This document shows positions 54,183 through 64,000 of a stretch of 64,000 bases of DNA, in pieces. The stretch is from a virus, in the IMG/VR virus record IMGVR_UViG_3300048687_000070, positions 1-64,000 of that record; one strand, 5' to 3'. The notes under the pieces were generated by a model that saw nothing but the letters and a program-made list of their open reading frames with translations, did no database searches and had not been told where the DNA came from. Within the stretch, counting starts at the first letter, position 1. Every line of letters begins with the position of its first letter. The position numbers and the translations under genes are program-made.

Positions 54183-55866
54183 GCTGGGGATCAGTGCCGA
54201 GGTCGCCTGGTACATGAAGGAGCGGGGTATCCCGCTGCCGGACTGCCCGCCGAAGGTGCAGACCCCGAATCCGGGCGAGGCGCCGGGTGCGGTGTTCGAT
54301 CCGGCGAAGGTGGACCGGGTACTGACGTCGTTCCATCTGCTGCGGCACACGCAGGGCAAGTGGGCGGGCAAGCCGCTGGATCCGGATCCGTGGCAGGTGG
54401 CCTATGTGCTTGCGCCCGTCTTCGGGTGGGTGCGCTGGGACGACGAGGCCGAGGGCTACGTGCGGATCGTCCGCAAACTGTACGTGGACGTGCCACGGCG
54501 TAACGGTAAGACGACGCTGTCGGGAGGCATCGCCGTCTACCTGATGGCGGCGGACTCCGAGCCGGGCGCCCAGGTGTACGCCGCGGCGACCAGCGAGAAG
54601 CAGGCCCGGTACACGTTCGACCCGATCAAGACGATCGCGGAGCGGGCGCCGGCGTTGAAGGGCAACGTCAAGGCGTACACGAAGAAGATCACGCACCCGG
54701 CGTCGGGCTCATACTTCACGGTGGTCTCGTCGGTGGCGGAGGCCCTGCATGGGGCGAATGTCCACGGTGGCATCATCGACGAGCTGCACGTCCACAAGAG
54801 CCCGGATCTCGTCGAGACGATCGAGACGGGCACCGGCTCCAGGCGTCAGCCTCTCGTGGTGATCATCACGACGGCGGATGAGGGCAAGCAGGAGTCGATC
54901 TACGACCGGAAGCGGCAGTACATCGAGCAGCTGGCCCGCGGCTCCCTGCACGACCTGGACACCTACGGCGTGGTGTGGGGCGCGGACGAGGACGACAATC
55001 CTCACGACGAGGCGACCTGGCGCAAGGCGAACCCCGGCTACGGCGTATCCCCTTCGGCCGCGTACCTGCGCGGCGCGTCCGCCGAGGCCCAGCAGTCGCC
55101 CGCGGACCTGGCGAAGTTTCTGCGCCTGCACTTGGGTATCCGCACCAAGCAGTCGACGCGCTTCCTGATGATGGACTCCTGGGACAACAACGCGGGCCTC
55201 GTCGACGAGGAGGCGCTGCGCGGCCGGGACACCTGGGGCGGCCTCGACCTCGCGTCGACGTCCGACCTGTGCGCGCTGTGCTGGCTGTTCCCGGACGACG
55301 AGACGGGAACGCTGGATGCGCTGTGGCGGTTCTGGACACCGGAGGACAACCTCAAGGCGCTGGACAAGCGCACCGCGGGCGCGGCGACGAAGTGGGTGCG
55401 GCAGGGCTACCTGACGACAACGCCCGGCAACGTCGCCGACTACGACTTCATCGTCGAGCAGATCAAGCGCGACCGGGACGCGTTCACGGTGAAGAGCATC
55501 GGCTACGACCCCTGGAACGCCTCGCAGTTGACGAACACACTGGTCGCGGAGCGGGCGCCGATGGTGAAGGTCCGGCAGGGCTTCGCCACCATGAGCCCGG
55601 TCTTGAAGGAGATTCAACGGCTGGTGCTGCAGGGCACCCCGCGGGCTCCGGCGTTGCGGCACGGCGGCCATCCGGTGGTGCGCTGGTGCGTCGACAACCT
55701 TGCCGTGACCATGGACCCGGCGGGCAATGTGAAGCCCGACAAGGCCAACTCGGGTGACAAGATCGATGGCGTGTCTGCGCTGGCCACCGCCATGGCAGAG
55801 ATCGTGGCCCGGCCCCCGAAGCGGCGTTCCGCATACGAGGACGCCGACGAAATGATGATCGTGTGA
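54145..55866 (+). CDS. Terminase large subunit
   Basis: VPRRNGKTT, IIDELH, ITTA, GLDLASTSD, KIDGVSA. Confidence 0.97.
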   Translation: MATKRTRSPAPAELGISAEVAWYMKERGIPLPDCPPKVQTPNPGEAPGAVFDPAKVDRVLTSFHLLRHTQGKWAGKPLDPDPWQVAYVLAPVFGWVRWDDEAEGYVRIVRKLYVDVPRRNGKTTLSGGIAVYLMAADSEPGAQVYAAATSEKQARYTFDPIKTIAERAPALKGNVKAYTKKITHPASGSYFTVVSSVAEALHGANVHGGIIDELHVHKSPDLVETIETGTGSRRQPLVVIITTADEGKQESIYDRKRQYIEQLARGSLHDLDTYGVVWGADEDDNPHDEATWRKANPGYGVSPSAAYLRGASAEAQQSPADLAKFLRLHLGIRTKQSTRFLMMDSWDNNAGLVDEEALRGRDTWGGLDLASTSDLCALCWLFPDDETGTLDALWRFWTPEDNLKALDKRTAGAATKWVRQGYLTTTPGNVADYDFIVEQIKRDRDAFTVKSIGYDPWNASQLTNTLVAERAPMVKVRQGFATMSPVLKEIQRLVLQGTPRAPALRHGGHPVVRWCVDNLAVTMDPAGNVKPDKANSGDKIDGVSALATAMAEIVARPPKRRSAYEDADEMMIV

Positions 55867-55878
55867 CGGGGGTGGGCT

Positions 55879-56097
55879 GTGTTCGCGTGGCGTCGTACCG
55901 CAGTGCGTAAGCGGGTTGTGGTGAACCTGGCGGACAAGGCTTTCTCCGGGGTGCTGTGGGCGCAGCGCGGCCCGCTCCTGGTCCTGCGCGACGTGGAACT
56001 GCTGGAGGCCGGCCGGGAGGCTGCGCGGGTGGATGGCGAGGTCGTCGTGGAGCGGTCCCGCATCGAGTTCACCCAGGTGCTGGCGGGCGGTGGCTGA
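55879..56097 (+). CDS. Small Sm-fold-like phage protein
   Basis: Beta-rich ORF between terminase and portal. Confidence 0.6.
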   Translation: MFAWRRTAVRKRVVVNLADKAFSGVLWAQRGPLLVLRDVELLEAGREAARVDGEVVVERSRIEFTQVLAGGG

Positions 56098-58031
56098 TGG
56101 CGTTCGTGGTGTCCTCTGGGCAGATGCAGCTGACGGGTGCGGGGTCGCTGCTGTCGTATGGGGCGGCGTCGCCGCTGTCGCAGGCATCGTGGGAATACGC
56201 GGCGATGTGGCGGGCTCAGCCGCAGGTGCGCACGGTGGTCAACTTCCTGGCCAGGAACATTGCGCAGCTCGGCCTGCACACGTACCGCCGGGTGTCGGAC
56301 ACGGACCGGCAGCGCCTGACGGATCATCCTGTGGCGCAGCTCCTCGGCGAGCCGCTGCCACGGGTGACGACATACCGGCTCATTGAGCGCCTGATCTCGG
56401 ATCTGGCGATCTACGACGAGGCGTACTGGATCAAATGGAATCGTGACGGCCGCCGACTGCTGCTCCCGGTCCCGCCCACGCTGATCCGCCCCTCTGAGGG
56501 CAACTGGGTCGCACCCAAGGAGTACGTGACGGCCGGCGGGATCAAGTTCGATCCGGAGCAGGTCGTGCACTTCCACGGCTATTCGCCGGAGGATCTAGTC
56601 GTCGGGGCCTCGCCGTTGGATGCCCTGCGTGCGCTGCTCCTTGAGGAGAGCGAGTCGACGAAGCAGCGGGCCGCGATGTGGCGCAACGGCGCCCGCGCGA
56701 CCGGTGTGCTGGTGCGTCCCGCGGATGCCGAACCGTGGTCGCCGGAGGCGAAGCGGCGGTTCGGTGAGATGTGGCGGACGTTCTCGCAGGGGGGTGGCGC
56801 CGAGGGCGGTACGCCGATCCTTGAGGACGGCATGACGTATGACCAGATCGCGATCGATCCGCAGCGCGCCCAGTACATCGAGTCCCGCAAGCTGTCGCGC
56901 GAGGAGGTCGCTGCGGCCTACCACATTCCTCCGCCGCTGGTCGGGATCCTGGATCACGCGACGTACTCGAACATCACCGAGCAGCACAAGATTCTCTATC
57001 AGGACACGCTCGGCCCTTGGCTGACGATGGTGCAGCAGGAGGTTTCGGCGAACCTGCTCTCCGACCTGCCGGACAGCAAGGACGTCTACGTCGAGTTCAA
57101 CATCGCGGAGAAAATGCGCGGGAGCTTCGAGGAGCAGGCCGCCGCCGCGTCGACGGCGACGGGCGGGCCGTGGATGACCCGCAATGAGCAGCGCGCCCGG
57201 TTCAATCTGCCGCAACTGCCGGACGGCGACGAGCTGATCACGCCGATGAACGTCACCGAGGGCGGGATGGCATCACCTCGGGACACCGCGCCGGAGCCTG
57301 ACGCACTCCCAAAAGCGCGAGCCCGGCAGGTGACCACCAAGGCCGGGCAGCCTTCGGAGGCGTCTCCGCTCGATGACCTGCGCGAGCAGTTCGCGACGGA
57401 GCTCGGTGGTCTCACCGACGCGCAGTTCGCCGACCTTGTCGAGTCGGCGCCGGGTGGCGTGGATACGGTGAGGGCCTGGTGGGAGAGCGGGCGCGCGGTG
57501 CGCCAGGCCCGCTTCCTGAAGGTCATCAACGACTACATGGTCCGCGCTGGCCTGCTTGCAGCGCGCCGCGTCCTGGATGAGTTCAACGCGTCCGGAGATG
57601 GCTGGTCCGCAGAGGTGATGGATCCCTGGCTGGCCGCGGCGGCACTGCACCACGCGGAACTGCATGACGCGGCCGGCCAGCAGGCGGCGGTGGAGGCGGC
57701 CGAAGCCCCGACCGAGGAGGGCGGCATCGCGGGCGCCCTGCTTCTGGCCGGCGGCCTGTGGGCGCTGGCCGCACTGCGGCGCAGCGAGACCGCGGTGACC
57801 GAGGCGGTGTCCTTCGGTGGTCACGATGCCGCGACGGCGTCCGGACTGAGCCACAAGGAGTGGCACACGACGAGCGGTCATCCCCGCTCGCAGCATGCCG
57901 CCTTGAACGGGGAGAAGGTCCCCGTCGACGCCCTGTTCTCCAACGGGCTGCGTTGGCCCGGCGATGCGACGGGCGATGCGGATGAGACAGCGAACTGCCG
58001 CTGCGTATTGACGTATTCACTGACGGAGTAG
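56097..58031 (+). CDS. HK97-family portal protein fused to MuF-like C-terminal domain
   Basis: EEVAAAYHIPP, WMTRNEQR portal motifs; KEWHT...RSQH...LNGE...PGD...NCRC MuF motif. Confidence 0.9.
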   Translation: MAFVVSSGQMQLTGAGSLLSYGAASPLSQASWEYAAMWRAQPQVRTVVNFLARNIAQLGLHTYRRVSDTDRQRLTDHPVAQLLGEPLPRVTTYRLIERLISDLAIYDEAYWIKWNRDGRRLLLPVPPTLIRPSEGNWVAPKEYVTAGGIKFDPEQVVHFHGYSPEDLVVGASPLDALRALLLEESESTKQRAAMWRNGARATGVLVRPADAEPWSPEAKRRFGEMWRTFSQGGGAEGGTPILEDGMTYDQIAIDPQRAQYIESRKLSREEVAAAYHIPPPLVGILDHATYSNITEQHKILYQDTLGPWLTMVQQEVSANLLSDLPDSKDVYVEFNIAEKMRGSFEEQAAAASTATGGPWMTRNEQRARFNLPQLPDGDELITPMNVTEGGMASPRDTAPEPDALPKARARQVTTKAGQPSEASPLDDLREQFATELGGLTDAQFADLVESAPGGVDTVRAWWESGRAVRQARFLKVINDYMVRAGLLAARRVLDEFNASGDGWSAEVMDPWLAAAALHHAELHDAAGQQAAVEAAEAPTEEGGIAGALLLAGGLWALAALRRSETAVTEAVSFGGHDAATASGLSHKEWHTTSGHPRSQHAALNGEKVPVDALFSNGLRWPGDATGDADETANCRCVLTYSLTE

Positions 58032-58033
58032 CC

Positions 58034-58921
58034 ATGCGGATCAAATCCTGCCCGGTGCGGATCAAGGCCGCGGGCACCCATGAAGGCACCGACGAGGGCG
58101 TGTTCGAGGCCATCGTCGCCGCCTACAACCTGGACAGCGTCGGCGACAAGATCGCGCCGGGCGCATTCGCCGAGACCCTCGCCGAGTGGAAGGGGCGCGG
58201 CGACCCGATCCCGGTCCTGTGGTCGCACATGTCCCACGACCCCGAGTACCACATCGGCTACGTCGAGGATGCCGAGGAGCGCCCTGAGGGCCTGTGGGTG
58301 AAGGCCCGCATCGACCTCGACGAGGGCACGAAGGCCGCCCAGGTCTACAAGCTGATGAAGGGCCGCCGGGTCACCCAGTTCTCCTTCGCCTACGACGTGG
58401 AAGAGGGCTCCTGGGTCGACGAGAAGGAAGGCCCCGGCCACTACGAGCTGCGCAAGCTGAAGCTGTACGAGGTGGGCCCGACACTGATCGGAGCCAATCA
58501 GGCCACCGAGCTGCTGGACGTGAAGTCCGCGGCCGGTGCCTCTCTGCGCATCGCCATGGACGGCGCGACCACGCAGTTCGCCGACGAGGCGTGCACGGCC
58601 GTCGAGAAGGCCATGGACGACCACCTCACGCACGTGCGCGAGGCCGTGACCGCGGCCATCGACGCCAAGGCTGGCAGGACGCTGTCGGCCGCCAACGAGG
58701 AACGCGTTCGTGAGATCGCGCGCCTTTCCACGGAGCTGCTGGACTCCCTGCCCTCCAGCACCGAAGACGCCGAGAAGGCCACGCCGACCCCGCCTGAGTC
58801 CGCCTCGCCGCAGGAGCCTGCGGCCAAGGCCGACGAGCAGGCCCGGCCCGGAACCGCCTCGCTCCGTCTGCGCACCGACATCGAGGTTTTCGCCCTCGGT
58901 GCCTCCACGCTCACGGACTGA
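58034..58921 (+). CDS. HK97-family prohead protease
   Basis: DSVGDKIAPGAF, PVLWSH, FSFAY, LYEVGPTLIGAN. Confidence 0.92.
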   Translation: MRIKSCPVRIKAAGTHEGTDEGVFEAIVAAYNLDSVGDKIAPGAFAETLAEWKGRGDPIPVLWSHMSHDPEYHIGYVEDAEERPEGLWVKARIDLDEGTKAAQVYKLMKGRRVTQFSFAYDVEEGSWVDEKEGPGHYELRKLKLYEVGPTLIGANQATELLDVKSAAGASLRIAMDGATTQFADEACTAVEKAMDDHLTHVREAVTAAIDAKAGRTLSAANEERVREIARLSTELLDSLPSSTEDAEKATPTPPESASPQEPAAKADEQARPGTASLRLRTDIEVFALGASTLTD

Positions 58922-58930
58922 GGAGACTCA

Positions 58931-60241
58931 ATGAGCAAGGTCAAGGAGCTCACGGACGAGCTCACGCATCACTTGAAGGCCCTGCAGGACATCTCGGCGA
59001 AGACCGAGGAAGAGAACCGGGACTTCACCGACGAGGAGCGTTCGCTCGTCGTCGAGCACATGGAAAAGGCCAAGGCCGCCAAGGAGTCTCTGACCCAGGC
59101 CAAGGCGGACGGCGACATGCTGAAGGCCATCGCCGAGCTCGGTGACAGCATCGGTGTCACCGAGACCAAGAGCGAGAAGCGCACCCCGTCCGGGCTGATC
59201 GTGCCCGAGCGCAAGAGCGTTGGCGAGCACTACGTCGACTCGCCGGAGTACAAGAGCCTGCTGGCCACCGCCCCCAACGGAGGGTTCGGCGCCAAGCAGC
59301 GCGTGCAGTCCCTGCCGACCGGGTTCAAGAGCCTGGTCACCGGCACCTCGGACACCTCCGGCGGCGCGTTCGTGCAGAACGACTACCTCGGCCTGCAGGT
59401 CGCCGCAGACGCCTTCCAGCGCCCGCTGACCCTGCGCGACGTCGTCACGTCCGGCACGACGACGTCCGACACCGTCGAGTACGTGCGGATGACCAGCTAC
59501 ACCAACAACGCGGCCCCGGTGGCGGAGGCCACGTCGTCGGCAGCCCCGACGGCTCCGGGCGGAGCGGGCGCCCTGGTCAACAACGCGGGGGGCGGCTACA
59601 AGCCGGAGTCGGCGCTGGCCGCGGCGAAGGTCACCACGCCGGTCCGCACGATCGCCCACTGGATCCCGATCACGAAACGGGCCCTGTCGGACGCCGCGCA
59701 GATCCGCACCCTCATCGACGCCTTCCTCCGCTACGGCCTGGAGGAGGAGCTCGAAGACCAGATGATCGGCGGTGACGGCACCGGCGAGAACTTCGAGGGC
59801 CTCGGCAACGTGTCAGGCGTGCAGGCGCAGGCCTGGGACACCAACGCGCTCACCACGCTACGCAAGGCCAAGACGAAGGTCCGCCTCGTCGGCCGCTCGC
59901 TGGCCAACGCCTACCTGCTCAACCCGGCCGACCTGGAGTCCATCGACCTCCTGCAGGACAACGAGGCCCGCTACTACTTCGGCGGCCCTGCCGGCGTCGG
60001 CACTGCAGGCACCCTGTGGGGCCTGCCGGTCATCGAGACCGAGGCCGTCCCCTCAGGCGTCGGCTACGTCGGCGACTTCCGCAAGGCGATCCTGTGGGAC
60101 CGCGAGCAGGCATCGATCAGCGTCACCGACAGCCACGCCGACTTCTTCGTCCGCAACCTCGTCGCGATCCTCGCCGAGATGCGGGCCGCGTTCGGCGTCA
60201 TCCAGCCCAACGCCTTCGTCGAGGTCGACCTCACCGCCTAA
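58931..60241 (+). CDS. Major capsid protein (HK97 fold)
   Basis: Coiled-coil delta domain; KPES...TIAHWIPITKRAL...LNPAD...LWGLPV...FVRNLVAILAEMR. Confidence 0.95.
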   Translation: MSKVKELTDELTHHLKALQDISAKTEEENRDFTDEERSLVVEHMEKAKAAKESLTQAKADGDMLKAIAELGDSIGVTETKSEKRTPSGLIVPERKSVGEHYVDSPEYKSLLATAPNGGFGAKQRVQSLPTGFKSLVTGTSDTSGGAFVQNDYLGLQVAADAFQRPLTLRDVVTSGTTTSDTVEYVRMTSYTNNAAPVAEATSSAAPTAPGGAGALVNNAGGGYKPESALAAAKVTTPVRTIAHWIPITKRALSDAAQIRTLIDAFLRYGLEEELEDQMIGGDGTGENFEGLGNVSGVQAQAWDTNALTTLRKAKTKVRLVGRSLANAYLLNPADLESIDLLQDNEARYYFGGPAGVGTAGTLWGLPVIETEAVPSGVGYVGDFRKAILWDREQASISVTDSHADFFVRNLVAILAEMRAAFGVIQPNAFVEVDLTA

Positions 60242-60251
60242 GGAGGCTGAC

Positions 60252-60464
60252 ATGACGTACCTGAATGCAGCCGCCGGCGCGGCCCGGGAGGGCAAGCAGA
60301 CGGCGGCCGTCGCCGACGCAGGCGCGGCGACCTCGGTTGTCGCCGCTGGGGCCAACCCGACGAAGGCCGAGTACGACGCGCTGCGTGCCGACTATCTGGC
60401 GCTGCGCACCAAGGTCAACGCGCTGCTGGCGGCGATGCGCACGTCCGGCCAGCTCGCGCCGTGA
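60252..60464 (+). CDS. Head fibre/decoration-like protein
   Basis: PTKAEYDAL...KVNALLAAMRTSG. Confidence 0.6.
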   Translation: MTYLNAAAGAAREGKQTAAVADAGAATSVVAAGANPTKAEYDALRADYLALRTKVNALLAAMRTSGQLAP

Positions 60465-60805
60465 CGCTCATCAACTCGCGGATGGTTCGAGGGCGGTGTC
60501 CGTGCGGCGCCGAGCATGCGGCGTGCGGTCCGCCCTCCACCAGTCAGCCGGTCCTCGAACATCTGGAGGTGGCCGCCGTGGGCGGACCGCTGAAGAAGTA
60601 CACCGTCACCTCGGCCAGCGGCGTCGAAACGGTCATGAAGCTCAACCAGGCCGACGCCCGATTCCATGGCGTCCTGGGCGAGCCGGAGCCTGCTCCTGTC
60701 GCAGGCGAGGGCGAAGAGAAGGCCCCCGTGAAGAAGCGCGCCACCAGCAACAAGGCCCGGACCGCGGCCAACAAGGACGGCGGTACGAACGGTGGCGACG
60801 ACTGA
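60461..60805 (+). CDS. Hypothetical head-associated protein (start uncertain)
   Basis: Lys-rich C-terminus; position after capsid. Confidence 0.5.
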   Translation: MTLINSRMVRGRCPCGAEHAACGPPSTSQPVLEHLEVAAVGGPLKKYTVTSASGVETVMKLNQADARFHGVLGEPEPAPVAGEGEEKAPVKKRATSNKARTAANKDGGTNGGDD

Positions 60806-61346
60806 TTATCTGGCCGAACCGGCAGACCTGGCGATCTGGCTGGGCGTACCGGCCACGGACCCGAAGCTGCTACAGGCCCTGGCCGCGGCATCCAGCCGGT
60901 TCCGCGGCCAGGTTCGCCACCACGTCTCACTCGTCACCGACGACCTCCTGACGCTGGACGGCAACGGCTCGCGGTCGGTCCTGTTGCCCGCCGAGCCGGT
61001 CGCTGCCGTCACCTCGCTGCTACTGAACGGCGACCCGCTCGTGGACGGTACGGACTTCGAATGGTCCGAGGACGGCTATGTACGGCGCCTGGGCTGCGGC
61101 CTGTGGCCCAACAAGCTGCGCTGCATCCGGATCACGTACAGCCACGGCTACGCCGAGATTCCGGAGGACATCGCGGAGGCTGTTATCGATCAGGCGCGCG
61201 CCCAGCACGCTGTCCGACCTGGTGTGCAGTCCGTACAGGTGGGCGGCCAGTCGGTGGCGTTCGGCGCCCAGGCGTCGATCGGCGTGACCGCGCAGTGGTC
61301 GGCTGCGGTCGCCAAGTACCGGCTCAACCGGGGTGACCGGACATGA
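60792..61346 (+). CDS. Head-to-tail adaptor
   Basis: TLDGNG...LPAEPV...ITYSHGYAEIPEDI; synteny. Confidence 0.8.
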   Translation: MATTDYLAEPADLAIWLGVPATDPKLLQALAAASSRFRGQVRHHVSLVTDDLLTLDGNGSRSVLLPAEPVAAVTSLLLNGDPLVDGTDFEWSEDGYVRRLGCGLWPNKLRCIRITYSHGYAEIPEDIAEAVIDQARAQHAVRPGVQSVQVGGQSVAFGAQASIGVTAQWSAAVAKYRLNRGDRT

Positions 61347-61696
61347 CGCTGATGTTCGAACAGGCCATCGTCATCGTGAGGGCCCCGCTCGTCGCGGACC
61401 GCTACCAGAACAAGACGCGGGACTGGAGCAACGCTGCCCGTGTTCCCGTCGAGGGCGTCAACGTACAGCCGGCTGGCGCTCCCGTGCGCTCCGAGGAGGA
61501 CACCGTGGACCGGCAGACCACGGTCACCACATGGACCCTGCAGACACGGGAGGGCGTCGACCTCGATCTGATGGCGACGGACCGGGTCGAGTTCGACGGC
61601 ATGACGTTGGAAGTCGACGGCAAGGTCGGGCGCTGGCCCGATCCGTTCACCGGAGCCGTGCACCACGTCGAGGCCCGGCTGAAGGAGATCGACTAA
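61343..61696 (+). CDS. Head-to-tail stopper
   Basis: DRVEFDGMTLEVDG...HHVEARL. Confidence 0.8.
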   Translation: MTLMFEQAIVIVRAPLVADRYQNKTRDWSNAARVPVEGVNVQPAGAPVRSEEDTVDRQTTVTTWTLQTREGVDLDLMATDRVEFDGMTLEVDGKVGRWPDPFTGAVHHVEARLKEID

Positions 61697-62064
61697 TGGC
61701 CCGCACCCAGTTCATCCTGGACCGGCGCATGTTCAGTCAGATCGCTTCCAGTCCCGAGATGGCCGCGTACCTGCTCGCCCTGGCCAATCGCGGCAAGGCG
61801 ATCGCGGACGCGCTTGCCCCGTCCTATAGCGGCCCGACCTGGGGCGGCGGGACACGCGCGAACGACTACAAACGATCTCTGGAAGCGAAGTTGGACCGCA
61901 CCAGCTTCGGCTGGCGCAGCGAGATCGCAGCGAACGTCGCCTACGCCGTGCAGGTCGAGTTCGGCACCGGCCGCCCGTACACGTCCCAGGAGCGCCCCCA
62001 GGAAGGCCATTCACCGAAGTGGCGAACGCTGGGCCGCTCCCTGGAAGCCCTGAGGAGCACCTGA
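61696..62064 (+). CDS. HK97 gp10-like tail completion protein
   Basis: YAVQVEFGT motif. Confidence 0.75.
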   Translation: MARTQFILDRRMFSQIASSPEMAAYLLALANRGKAIADALAPSYSGPTWGGGTRANDYKRSLEAKLDRTSFGWRSEIAANVAYAVQVEFGTGRPYTSQERPQEGHSPKWRTLGRSLEALRST

Positions 62065-62267
62065 TGCCCCGTATCAAGCTCGCCCACTGGCTGGGCTCTC
62101 GCAGGCCCGGCGACGAGATCGACGTGAGCGACGGGGAGGCTGCCGCGCTCGCGCGCGACGGCCGTGTCGCAGAGGTCGTCGCACCGCCTGCAGCGCTCAT
62201 GCCAGAGCCCGCCCGGGAGGCGCCGGCCGAGCCCGAGCCTGTTGTGACGGGCCGCAAGCGGCGATGA
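62064..62267 (+). CDS. Small hypothetical protein
   Basis: TGATG coupling; PGDEIDVSDGEA. Confidence 0.5.
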   Translation: MPRIKLAHWLGSRRPGDEIDVSDGEAAALARDGRVAEVVAPPAALMPEPAREAPAEPEPVVTGRKRR

Positions 62268-62665
62268 CGCTGCCGGTGGCGCCGATGCCCGACGTCGAGC
62301 AGGTGGCCATCGGCCTGCTGTCCGAGGTCCTCGATCCTGCGGTGACGGTCACGAGCGAGTGGCCGGAGGGGCTCGCACAAACCCTGCCGGTCGTCGCCGT
62401 ATCCCTCGGCCCCGGAGGCGGATCCGGCGTCAAGGCGGTGACCGCCAACCGCGGACTCGACATCGACATCCTCGCCGAGACGAAGGGCGAGGCGTTCGAC
62501 TTGGCGGCGCTCGTCTCCGCTCAGCTTCTGGCAGCGCAGGGCACGGTCCGGCCCGGCGCCCGCATCTACGGCGTTGAGGAGACCAGCCTCATCTGGCTGC
62601 CTGACCAGGTCACGAACATCCCCCGCTATGTGCTGGTGATGTCCCTGGTGGTTCGCCCCGCGTAG
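62264..62665 (+). CDS. Tail terminator
   Basis: Position before major tail protein; LPDQVTNIPRY. Confidence 0.75.
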   Translation: MTLPVAPMPDVEQVAIGLLSEVLDPAVTVTSEWPEGLAQTLPVVAVSLGPGGGSGVKAVTANRGLDIDILAETKGEAFDLAALVSAQLLAAQGTVRPGARIYGVEETSLIWLPDQVTNIPRYVLVMSLVVRPA

Positions 62666-62746
62666 CTCGACCAACCCGCGCTCCCTCACCCATTTCACCC
62701 GTCGGCGTGTGGCCGTGCGGGTCCTCGCTATGCCTGGAGGCATCCC

Positions 62747-63310
62747 GTGGCAAACGACGCCGACAACGTGCGCGTTGGTCTCAACGGTTCTGTGTACATC
62801 GCCCCGAAGGGCACGACCGCCCCGGTCGATCTGGATGCGGCGTGGGCGGACGGCTGGGTGGATCTCGGCTACCTGTCGGACGACGGCGTGGAGATGTCGT
62901 ACTCGACGGACTCGGAGGACGTGGGCGCCTGGCAGTCCCTCAGCCCGATCCGGAAGATCCTGACGGGTGTCGACATGACGCTGGCGTTCACCGCGCTGGA
63001 GTTGAAGACGTCCACGATGACGCTCTACTTCCCGAGCGCCACGATGGAGGACATCGGCGGCTCGGTCCACAAGCTCAGCATCCCGGCCGCTCCGGCGCCG
63101 GATGAGCGGGCGATCGGTCTGGAGTGGGTCGACGGCGACATCAAGAACAGGCTCGTCATCGCCCGCGGCGAGGTCACCGACCGTGAGTCGATCACGATGG
63201 CCCGCTCCGGTGCGGTCGGTCTCGGCATGACCGTGTCCGCCTATGCCGACACAGCGCCGGAGATCGCCGTGTGGCTGTCCAACGACCCCGCATGGGGTGC
63301 CGCCGCGTAG
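62747..63310 (+). CDS. Major tail protein
   Basis: VYIAPKGT...LGYLSDDGV...AWQS. Confidence 0.9.
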   Translation: MANDADNVRVGLNGSVYIAPKGTTAPVDLDAAWADGWVDLGYLSDDGVEMSYSTDSEDVGAWQSLSPIRKILTGVDMTLAFTALELKTSTMTLYFPSATMEDIGGSVHKLSIPAAPAPDERAIGLEWVDGDIKNRLVIARGEVTDRESITMARSGAVGLGMTVSAYADTAPEIAVWLSNDPAWGAAA

Positions 63311-63388
63311 CTCCCTCTTCTCCCCGGCAGGCACGCACGCGGGTCGCGCCTGCCGGGGTCCAACCCGCGAACCCGCAAGGAGAACCGC

Positions 63389-63718
63389 ATGCCCAGCAAG
63401 ACCACCGGTACCGAGGTCGTCGACCTCAACTCGCTTGCCCAGCAGCGCCGCGATGCGCTGCCGGAGCCGACGACGTACAACCTGTTCGATGTCGAGTTCA
63501 CGCTGCCACCCATCAAGGGCCTGCCCTTCTCGCTGCAGGAGCGGGTCGGTGACCTCGACAACACCGTCGAGGTCCTCAAGGAGCTCCTCGGCGCTACGAA
63601 GGTCAAGGAGATGTATGCCGCCGGGTACACGTTCGGCGACCTGGAGCTGATCGCCGAGCAGTGGCAGCAGCGTTCCGGGATGGAGCCGGGGGAATCGGTG
63701 GCCTCCGCCGCTTCCTAG
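63389..63718 (+). CDS. Tail assembly chaperone (gpG)
   Basis: Follows major tail gene; slippery sequence near 3' end. Confidence 0.8.
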   Translation: MPSKTTGTEVVDLNSLAQQRRDALPEPTTYNLFDVEFTLPPIKGLPFSLQERVGDLDNTVEVLKELLGATKVKEMYAAGYTFGDLELIAEQWQQRSGMEPGESVASAAS

Positions 63719-64000
63719 AGCGGTACGGGGAGGCCGTCGAGTGGGACATCGCCCGGTACTGGCCGGGCCGGTCCCTGCTGGAGCTGTACCGCGGGGACAT
63801 GTCGTGGCGTGAGCTGCGGGTCTTCCTGAAGTTCCTGCCGGCGGATGCGGCGACCGCGCGCGCGGTACGCGGCTCGTCGGCGGAAGAGGACGCCTGGACG
63901 CTCGACCGGCAGCTGCTGGCGTCCGCCGTGGACGCGATCCGCGAGAACACGTTCGCCACGGTCAAGCTCGGCGGCGATCCGAAGAAGACCGGGCGCCTGA
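63688..64000 (+). CDS. Tail assembly chaperone -1 frameshift extension (gpGT), 3'-truncated
   Basis: GGGGGAA at 63688-63694; -1 frame reads IGGLRRFLERYGEAVEWDIARYW...MSWRELRVFLKFLP, open to window end. Confidence 0.8.

Noticed and set aside
63688-63694. Frameshift as a novel finding or pseudogene
   Set aside because: It is the well-known programmed -1 frameshift of tail assembly chaperones

Overview
High-GC DNA that reads as most of one temperate, lambda-like (HK97-fold, siphovirus-type) actinophage genome. The host is most likely Streptomyces, inferred from GC content, gene content and promoter motifs. No host housekeeping genes were recognised. The window starts inside the minor-tail genes and ends in the tail-assembly chaperone, with the integrase and a candidate intact attP in the middle, so it looks like a circularly permuted or excised form rather than an integrated prophage. 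Order: minor tails and lysis (1-4.9 kb); accessory region with a Cre-like tyrosine recombinase, Ku and small genes behind DNA-damage-type promoter motifs (4.9-14.7 kb); attP, integrase and immunity switch (14.7-18.3 kb); early recombination and replication operon (18.4-38.3 kb); a Streptomyces plasmid-type conjugative module (39.4-48.7 kb); a structural and tailspike cassette (49.1-52.9 kb); HNH, terminase, portal, capsid and tail (53.2-64 kb). The conjugative module contains regulators, a stand-alone RapZ C-terminal domain, Spd-like membrane proteins, an FtsK/TraB translocase and a clt-like 8-bp repeat cluster. The most notable observation is this apparently intact TraB/Spd/clt system, with no replicon or integrase of its own, inside a phage whose visible virion genes are intact: a candidate phage that can also spread by conjugation. 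All functional calls come from motif recognition by eye; no database searches were run.
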